A stretch of 64,000 bases of DNA from positions 27,600 to 91,599 of the forward strand of contig DASQLG010000109.1 of the NCBI GenBank assembly GCA_035630115.1, written 5' to 3'. This stretch comes from Microbacterium sp. Its GTDB lineage: Bacteria > Actinomycetota > Actinomycetes > Actinomycetales > Microbacteriaceae. Position 1 is the stretch's first letter; the number at the start of each line of letters is the position of its first letter. Positions 58,005 through 64,000 of this stretch are shown here, piece by piece. The notes under the pieces were generated by a model, which saw only the letters and a program-made list of their open reading frames with translations, did not search any database and had not been told where the DNA came from. The position numbers and the translations under genes are program-made.

Positions 58005-59237
58005 ATGCCCCGTGGACCCCTGCCCGAAGATCCCGCCGTCCGTGCCCTCGTCGCGCGGGCTCGAGCCGCACAGATCAGCCGCCGCGGCCTGATCGGCGGA
58101 GCGGGCGCAGTGTCGCTCGCGGCATTCCTGGCCGCCTGCTCCGGGCGCGTGGGTGGCTCCGGACCCGCGGCGTCAGCCAGCGCGGGCGAGGACCTCTCGG
58201 CGTCGCAGAAGACGCTGACCTGGGCGAACTGGGCGTTCTATCTCGATGAAGACGACGACGGGAACCACCCGACCCTCGACGCTTTCATGGAGCAGTCCGG
58301 CCTCACCGTCAACTACGACGTGTCGATCGACGACAACAACACGTACTTCGCGAAGGTCCGCGACCAGCTCGCGCTCGGGCAGGACATCGGGGCGGATGCC
58401 GTGTGCCTCACCGACTGGATGGCCTCGATCTGGATCGCCTCCGGCTACACGCAGGCGTTCGACAAGGCGAACATGCCGAACGCGGTGGCGAACCTCACGC
58501 CGAGCCTGCAGAACCCCGACTTCGATCCGGCCCGCGCGAACTCCCTGCCATGGCAGTCGGGCTTCGCCGGGATCGCATGGAACAAGGAGAAGCTGCCGAA
58601 CGGACTGCAGAGCGTCGATGACCTGTGGAACCCCGAGCTGAATGGCCGGATCGGCGTGCTCAGCGAGATGCGCGACACGATGGGGCTTCTCATGCTCAGC
58701 CAGGGTGTCGACATCTCCGGCTCCAGCTGGGGCGACACGGAGTTCCAGAACGCGCTGGACGTCTTCGCGGAGCAGGTCTCGAACGGTCAGATCCGCAACA
58801 TCAAGGGCAATTCCTACGCCGACGACCTCAAGAACGAGGACACCCTCGCGGCCATCGTGTGGTCGGGCGACATCACCGCGATCAATGCGGAGGTGGGCGA
58901 CAAGTTCGGATTCGCCCTGCCCGACTCGGGGGGCACCCTGTGGAGCGATAACTTCATGATCCCGGTCGGCTCCCAGCAGAAGGGCAACGTCGAGAAGCTC
59001 ATCGACCACTACTACGACCCGCTCGTGGCCGCCGAGGTCGCGGCCTGGGTGAACTACATCACGCCCGTCGCCGGCGCGCAGGAGGCCATGGCCGAGATCG
59101 ACCCGGATCAGGTCGAGAACCAGCTCATCTTCCCCAACGAGGAGACGCTGGCACAGGCGCACATCTTCCGCACTCTCACGAACGAGGAGCAGCAGAAGTA
59201 CAACTCCGAGTTCGAGGCCGTCGGCCTCGGCGCCTGA
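58005..59237 (+). CDS. potD: Polyamine ABC transporter substrate-binding lipoprotein (Tat signal)
   Basis: SRRGLI twin-arginine motif, lipobox LAAC, WANW..Y, WSGD, LWSDNF.IP. Confidence 0.88.
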   Translation: MPRGPLPEDPAVRALVARARAAQISRRGLIGGAGAVSLAAFLAACSGRVGGSGPAASASAGEDLSASQKTLTWANWAFYLDEDDDGNHPTLDAFMEQSGLTVNYDVSIDDNNTYFAKVRDQLALGQDIGADAVCLTDWMASIWIASGYTQAFDKANMPNAVANLTPSLQNPDFDPARANSLPWQSGFAGIAWNKEKLPNGLQSVDDLWNPELNGRIGVLSEMRDTMGLLMLSQGVDISGSSWGDTEFQNALDVFAEQVSNGQIRNIKGNSYADDLKNEDTLAAIVWSGDITAINAEVGDKFGFALPDSGGTLWSDNFMIPVGSQQKGNVEKLIDHYYDPLVAAEVAAWVNYITPVAGAQEAMAEIDPDQVENQLIFPNEETLAQAHIFRTLTNEEQQKYNSEFEAVGLGA

Positions 59238-60403
59238 TGATGGCGGGAGGAGCATTCGCCGAATCCGGCGCGGATCTGGAGCTGGTGGGCATCCGCAAGA
59301 CTTTCCCGGGCTTCACCGCGATCGAAGAGCTCGACCTGCTGATCCCGGCGGGATCCTTCTTCGCGCTCCTGGGTCCCTCGGGCTGCGGCAAGACGACGAC
59401 GCTCCGCCTCGTCGCGGGTCTGGAAGACCCCACGGCCGGTCGCATTCTGATCGGCGGGCAGGACGTGACTGCTGTCAAGCCGCACAAGCGCCCCGTGAAC
59501 ACGGTGTTCCAGAGTTACGCGCTCTTCCCGCACATGACGGTGATCGAGAACGTCGCGTTCGGCCTTCGACGACGCAAGGTGGCGGATGCCGTCGCCAAGG
59601 CGCACGAAGCGCTTCGCCTCGTGGAGCTCGACCACGTCGCATCGCGGCGCCCGAGCCAGCTCTCGGGCGGTCAGCAGCAGCGCGTCGCGCTCGCACGAGC
59701 GATCGTGAACCGGCCGGCGCTGCTGCTGCTCGACGAGCCGCTCGGCGCGCTCGACCTGAAGCTGCGTCGTCAGATGCAGATCGAGCTCAAGTCGATCCAG
59801 GCCGAGGTGGGGCTGACATTCCTGCACGTCACGCACGACCAGGAAGAGGCCATGACGATGGCCGACACCGTGGCGGTGATGAATCACGGTCGCATCGAGC
59901 AGCTCGGGTCGCCGCAGGAGCTGTACGAGCTGCCGCGGACCGGATTCGTCGCGAGCTTCCTCGGGCAGTCGAACCTCTTCCCGGCCGAGGTGGTGTCGAC
60001 GGCCGGCGGCCTGATCACGGCGCGCACCGCCGGCGGCGTCGTCGCGATGCCGCACGAGCGCGCCGTGGTGGACCGTGGAGCGATCACCGTCGGCGTGCGC
60101 CCCGAGAAGCTCCGGCTGCTGAGCGAGGAGCCGCCGCGCGACGGGCTCGAGAACGTGCTGGGTCCCGGCCGCATCGTCGACGTGTCCTTCGCGGGCGCCA
60201 GCACGCAGTACATTCTGCAGATCGCCGGGCTCGGCGAGGTCACGGTCTTCGAGCAGAACATGGTGTTCGGCTCGGTCTTCACGACGGGTTCCGAGGTCTG
60301 GGTCGCGTGGCGCCGAGAGCATACCTTCGGGCTGGATGCCGCGGCCCGTGTCGAGGCGGCGGAGGCCGCCGCCGCGGCCGATCCCGAGGGGCAGGCCGCC
60401 TGA
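59237..60403 (+). CDS. potA: Polyamine ABC transporter ATPase
   Basis: GPSGCGKTT, VNTVFQSYALFPHM, LSGGQQQR, LLLDEPLGALD, TOBE-like C-terminus. Confidence 0.92.
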   Translation: MMAGGAFAESGADLELVGIRKTFPGFTAIEELDLLIPAGSFFALLGPSGCGKTTTLRLVAGLEDPTAGRILIGGQDVTAVKPHKRPVNTVFQSYALFPHMTVIENVAFGLRRRKVADAVAKAHEALRLVELDHVASRRPSQLSGGQQQRVALARAIVNRPALLLLDEPLGALDLKLRRQMQIELKSIQAEVGLTFLHVTHDQEEAMTMADTVAVMNHGRIEQLGSPQELYELPRTGFVASFLGQSNLFPAEVVSTAGGLITARTAGGVVAMPHERAVVDRGAITVGVRPEKLRLLSEEPPRDGLENVLGPGRIVDVSFAGASTQYILQIAGLGEVTVFEQNMVFGSVFTTGSEVWVAWRREHTFGLDAAARVEAAEAAAAADPEGQAA

Positions 60404-60404
60404 G

Positions 60405-61322
60405 ATGGCGATCTCGGCGCTCGTTCCCGCGGGCACCCAGGTCGCGCGGGAGCCCGAGCGCCGGCGGGGAGGGCTGATCGCCCTCGCGCTGCTCGTGCCC
60501 GGACTCGCGTACCTGGCACTGTTCTTCCTCGTGCCGTTCGTCTCGCTGCTGATCACGTCGTTCGGCATCAACGACACCGCGACCTACGGCGGCTACTACT
60601 ACGCCTTCTACTGGCAGAACTATGTCGACGTGATCGCGCAGTACTGGCCGCAGTTCGTGCGGTCGTTCTGGTACGCGCTGCTGGCGACGGTTTTCGCCCT
60701 GCTGATCAGCTACCCGATCGCCTACTTCATCGGCGTGACGATCCGCGAGCACAAGATGCTCCGCAATCTGCTCCTGGTCCTCGTGATCGCGCCGTTCTTC
60801 ATCTCGTTCCTGCTGCGCACCCTCGCGTGGAAGCAGATCCTCTCCGACGAAGGACCCGTCGTGGGGGTGCTGCAGGCCGTCGGCCTGATGGGCGCCCAGG
60901 ATCACATCACCGGCACCGGATTCGCCGTCGTGTTCGGCCTGACGTACAACTTCATCCCCTTCATGACGCTGCCGATCTTCGCGTCGCTCGATCGCCTCGA
61001 CAAGCGGCTGATCGAAGCGGGAAACGACCTGTACGCGAGCCACGCCAGCACCTTCTGGAAGGTGACCTTCCCGCTGTCGCTGCCGGGCGTCATCTCCGGC
61101 ACGCTGCTGACCTTCATCCCCGCCGCCGGCGACTACGTGAACGCCAGCCAGTCCTTCCTCGGCGGTCCGGGGACGGCCATGATCGGAAACGTCATCCAGT
61201 CGAAATTCCTCATCACGGTCAATTACCCGCAGGCGGCTGCGCTGTCGATCCTGCTGATGGCCGTCATCGTCGTGATCGTCGCGTTCTACGTCCGCCGCTC
61301 GGGAACGGATGACCTGCTGTGA
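60405..61322 (+). CDS. potB: Polyamine ABC transporter permease
   Basis: SYPIAY, PFF.SFL.RT.AW, PFMTLP, LIEAGNDL, PLSLPG. Confidence 0.9.
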   Translation: MAISALVPAGTQVAREPERRRGGLIALALLVPGLAYLALFFLVPFVSLLITSFGINDTATYGGYYYAFYWQNYVDVIAQYWPQFVRSFWYALLATVFALLISYPIAYFIGVTIREHKMLRNLLLVLVIAPFFISFLLRTLAWKQILSDEGPVVGVLQAVGLMGAQDHITGTGFAVVFGLTYNFIPFMTLPIFASLDRLDKRLIEAGNDLYASHASTFWKVTFPLSLPGVISGTLLTFIPAAGDYVNASQSFLGGPGTAMIGNVIQSKFLITVNYPQAAALSILLMAVIVVIVAFYVRRSGTDDLL

Positions 61323-62161
61323 CCGCCGTCGAGACCAGCACGGTCCGGATGCGCGCCGCCGCCCGCCGCCGGAAGCCGGCCGGGTCCTGGCTGCTGCCGA
61401 CCTACGTCACCGTCGCGTTCCTGATCCTGCTGATCCCGATCGCCTACACGTTCGCGTTCTCGTTCAACGACGCCAACCGCTCCAACATCTCGTGGAACGG
61501 GTTCACACTCGATAACTGGATGACTGTCTGCGCCCAACCGGAGGTCTGCGTCGCGTTCGGCAACAGCCTGCTCGTCGGCGCTGTCTCGACGGCCATCGCG
61601 ACCACGCTCGGCACCATGATCGCGCTCGCACTCGTGCGCTACCGCTTCCGTGCGCGCAGCGCGATCAGTCTCCTGCTGTTCCTGCCGATGGCCACCCCTG
61701 AGGTCGTCATCGGCGCGGGGCTGGCCTCGCAGTTCCTCACGATCGGCGTCGCCAAAGGCCTGGGCACGATCATCATCGCGCACACGATGTTCTGCCTCAG
61801 TTTCGTGGTGGTCACCGTTCGCGCGCGGGTCCTGTCGCTCGATCCATCGCTCGAGGAGGCCGGACGCGACCTCTACGGATCGCCGCGTGCGGTGTTCTGG
61901 CGCATCACTTTTCCGCTGCTGCTCCCCGGAATCGTCGCCGCCGCCCTGCTGTCCTTCAGTCTCAGCTTCGACGACTTCATCATCACCTACTTCACCTCGG
62001 GCACGGTTCAGACCTTCCCGGTCTACATCTACGTCGCCGCCCAGCGCGGCATCCCGCCCCAGGCGAACGTGATCGCCTCGGCCGTCTTCCTCATCGCGAT
62101 CGCCGCGACGCTCATCTTCCAGATCATCTCGGCCCGACGCGCGAGCCGTCTCCGACGCTGA
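61319..62161 (+). CDS. potC: Polyamine ABC transporter permease
   Basis: FSFN, PEVVIG, AHT, LEEAGRDLYG, SFDDF, TFP. Confidence 0.9.
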   Translation: MTAVETSTVRMRAAARRRKPAGSWLLPTYVTVAFLILLIPIAYTFAFSFNDANRSNISWNGFTLDNWMTVCAQPEVCVAFGNSLLVGAVSTAIATTLGTMIALALVRYRFRARSAISLLLFLPMATPEVVIGAGLASQFLTIGVAKGLGTIIIAHTMFCLSFVVVTVRARVLSLDPSLEEAGRDLYGSPRAVFWRITFPLLLPGIVAAALLSFSLSFDDFIITYFTSGTVQTFPVYIYVAAQRGIPPQANVIASAVFLIAIAATLIFQIISARRASRLRR

Positions 62162-62230
62162 CGGCGACGACCGCCGTGCCGGGCCAGCGCCTGGCGATTG
62201 GCCGCATCGGGGGCGGACTATCCTGATCCG

Positions 62231-63457
62231 ATGAGCCCCCTCCGCGCCCTCGATCAATCGAGCAAGCTCAAGAACGTCCTCTACGAGATCCGCGGCCAGG
62301 CCCTGGTCGAAGCCGACCGGCTCGAGAACGAGGGCCACACGATCCTCAAGCTCAACACGGGCAACCCCGCCGTGTTCGGCTTCGACGCTCCGTTCCAGAT
62401 CGTCCGCGACATGATCGAGGCGGTGCCGCAGGCCCACGGCTACAGCGACAGCCGCGGCATCATCTCCGCCCGCCGCGCCGTGGTGTACCGCTACGAGCAG
62501 GACCCGACGTTCCCCCTGTTCGGACCCGACGACGTCTATCTCGGCAACGGCGTGTCGGAGCTGATCACGATGGTCATGCAGGCCCTGCTCGACGAGGGCG
62601 ACGAGGTGCTGATCCCGGCGCCGGACTACCCGCTGTGGACCGCCATGACCAGCCTCGGCGGGGGGACCCCGGTGCACTATCTCGCCGATGAGCTGAACGG
62701 ATGGCAGCCCGACCTGGAGGACATCCGGGCCAAGGTCACTCCGCGCACCAAGGCGATCGTGGTGATCAATCCGAACAACCCGACCGGCGCCGTCTACTCG
62801 CGCGAGATCCTCGAAGGCATCGCCGACATCGCACGCGAGAACTCGCTGCTCGTGCTGTCGGACGAGATCTACGACCGCATCGTCTTCGACGGCGCCCAGC
62901 ACATCCCGATGGCCTCGATCGCCCCGGATCTGCTGGTGCTGACCTTCAACGGGCTGTCCAAGACCTACCGGGTCGCCGGCTACCGCTCCGGCTGGCTCGT
63001 CATCACCGGCCCGAAAGAGCACGCCCGCGGGTTCATCGAGGGCATCACCCTGCTGGCCTCGACCCGCCTGTGCCCGAATGTGCCCGCCCAGCACGCCGTG
63101 CAGGCCGCGCTGTCGGGCGTGCAGTCGATCGACGCGCTGATCGGGCCCGCCGGCCGCCTTCATGAACAGCGGGATGCCGCGTGGGAGGCGCTCGAGGCGA
63201 TCCCCGGCGTCAGCTGCGTCAAACCCGAAGGCGCGCTCTACGCCTTCCCGCGGTTCGACCTCGACGTGTACGAGATCCGCGACGATGCGAAGTTCGTCTA
63301 CGACTTCCTGGTCGCCGAGCACGTGCTCCTCGTGCAGGGAACCGGCTTCAACTGGCCCACCCCCGATCACGTGCGCATCGTCACGCTGCCGGAGGCGCGG
63401 GTGCTCACCGAGGCCATCGAGCGGCTGGGAAACTTCCTCTCCTCATACCGCCAGTAG
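62231..63457 (+). CDS. alaA: PLP-dependent class I aminotransferase (AlaA/AlaT type)
   Basis: QSSKL.NVLYEIRG, GNGVSELI, NPNNPTG, DEIYD, GLSKTYRVAGYRSGW; TATCCT 6 nt before the ATG. Confidence 0.92.
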   Translation: MSPLRALDQSSKLKNVLYEIRGQALVEADRLENEGHTILKLNTGNPAVFGFDAPFQIVRDMIEAVPQAHGYSDSRGIISARRAVVYRYEQDPTFPLFGPDDVYLGNGVSELITMVMQALLDEGDEVLIPAPDYPLWTAMTSLGGGTPVHYLADELNGWQPDLEDIRAKVTPRTKAIVVINPNNPTGAVYSREILEGIADIARENSLLVLSDEIYDRIVFDGAQHIPMASIAPDLLVLTFNGLSKTYRVAGYRSGWLVITGPKEHARGFIEGITLLASTRLCPNVPAQHAVQAALSGVQSIDALIGPAGRLHEQRDAAWEALEAIPGVSCVKPEGALYAFPRFDLDVYEIRDDAKFVYDFLVAEHVLLVQGTGFNWPTPDHVRIVTLPEARVLTEAIERLGNFLSSYRQ

Positions 63458-63509
63458 CGCGGAGTCAACCCCATTTCCGGCCGGGCCGCCCGGGTCGTAT
63501 CGTGGCGCC

Positions 63510-63857
63510 ATGACGATCGAACTGAACAAGCCGGCTCTTCGGCACGCTCGCGCTCTCGTCCGCGACGGGAAGATCGTGCGGGACGGGCAGGGAGACTGGT
63601 CGGAGGCGCAGCCGACACCCGACGAGGAGAACTCCTTCATCGAGCGCGACGGCTGGACCGAGTACGCGCACTGGCACATGGGCGTCGACAAGAGTGCGGA
63701 CCGGGCGACGAAGGACGCGTATTCGTTCCCGTTCGGCGACTTCCGCAAGGTGCATCGCTCGGGGGTGATCGCGGGGGAGGTCCGAGCCGCCCAATTCGAC
63801 CACACCGAGATCCGCGACGCCCTGAAGAAGCTCCTGGAGCTCATCGACGGCGAATGA
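63510..63857 (+). CDS. Hypothetical protein (115 aa)
   Basis: GC3-rich codon usage; TATCGT 6 nt before the ATG; MTIELNKPALRHARALV...YSFPFGDFRKVHRSG. Confidence 0.8.
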   Translation: MTIELNKPALRHARALVRDGKIVRDGQGDWSEAQPTPDEENSFIERDGWTEYAHWHMGVDKSADRATKDAYSFPFGDFRKVHRSGVIAGEVRAAQFDHTEIRDALKKLLELIDGE

Positions 63858-63921
63858 TCGTCGGCCCCGACCGGGGATGACGAGCGGACCGACCACGACG
63901 CTGGGGACGGCCCGCCGTCGG

Positions 63922-64000
63922 TCAGAGGAGTGCGAGCGAGGTCGCGCGCCAGCGGCCGTCCATGCCTTCCAGGCGCAGCGCGACCGAGCGCGTGCGCGCA
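63922..64000 (-). CDS. Rv3235-family protein, C-terminal end (partial)
   Basis: Manual translation ARTRSVALRLEGMDGRWRATSLALL*, with stop at 63922-63924; this family usually lies near secA. Confidence 0.75.
   Translation of the reverse strand, partial: ARTRSVALRLEGMDGRWRATSLALL

Overview
High-GC actinobacterial chromosomal segment; gene content and order suggest Microbacteriaceae, probably Microbacterium (inference). Bases 1-27.3 kb are a cell-wall glycopolymer locus: rmlA, rmlB and a fused rmlC-rmlD, glf, four GT2 enzymes, a GtrA flippase, three GT-C-type membrane proteins, an OatA-like acyltransferase, wzm/wzt, two O-antigen-ligase-like proteins and three secreted repeat proteins. Bases 27.3-64 kb are core genes: manA, whiB, a GT2-fusion and DUF5719 pair, ahcY, an RDD/SpoIIM/DUF58/MoxR/DUF4350/DUF4129 cluster interrupted by an aquaporin, mtrA-mtrB-lpqB, comF, hpf, deaD, padR, secA, an Lrp regulator with a polyamine ABC transporter, and alaA. 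No tRNA, rRNA, CRISPR array or transposase was seen. Two observations stand out. (1) The non-palindromic motif CGGCATCC(G)/(C)GGATGCCG recurs roughly once per kb on both strands, uses minor codons inside genes and builds terminator-like hairpins, like an uptake-sequence or HIP1-type iterated motif. (2) An unnamed ~40-55 aa repeat is shared by three secreted proteins inside the polysaccharide locus and is a candidate new wall-anchoring module. All counts are manual and all family calls come from motif recognition, not database searches.
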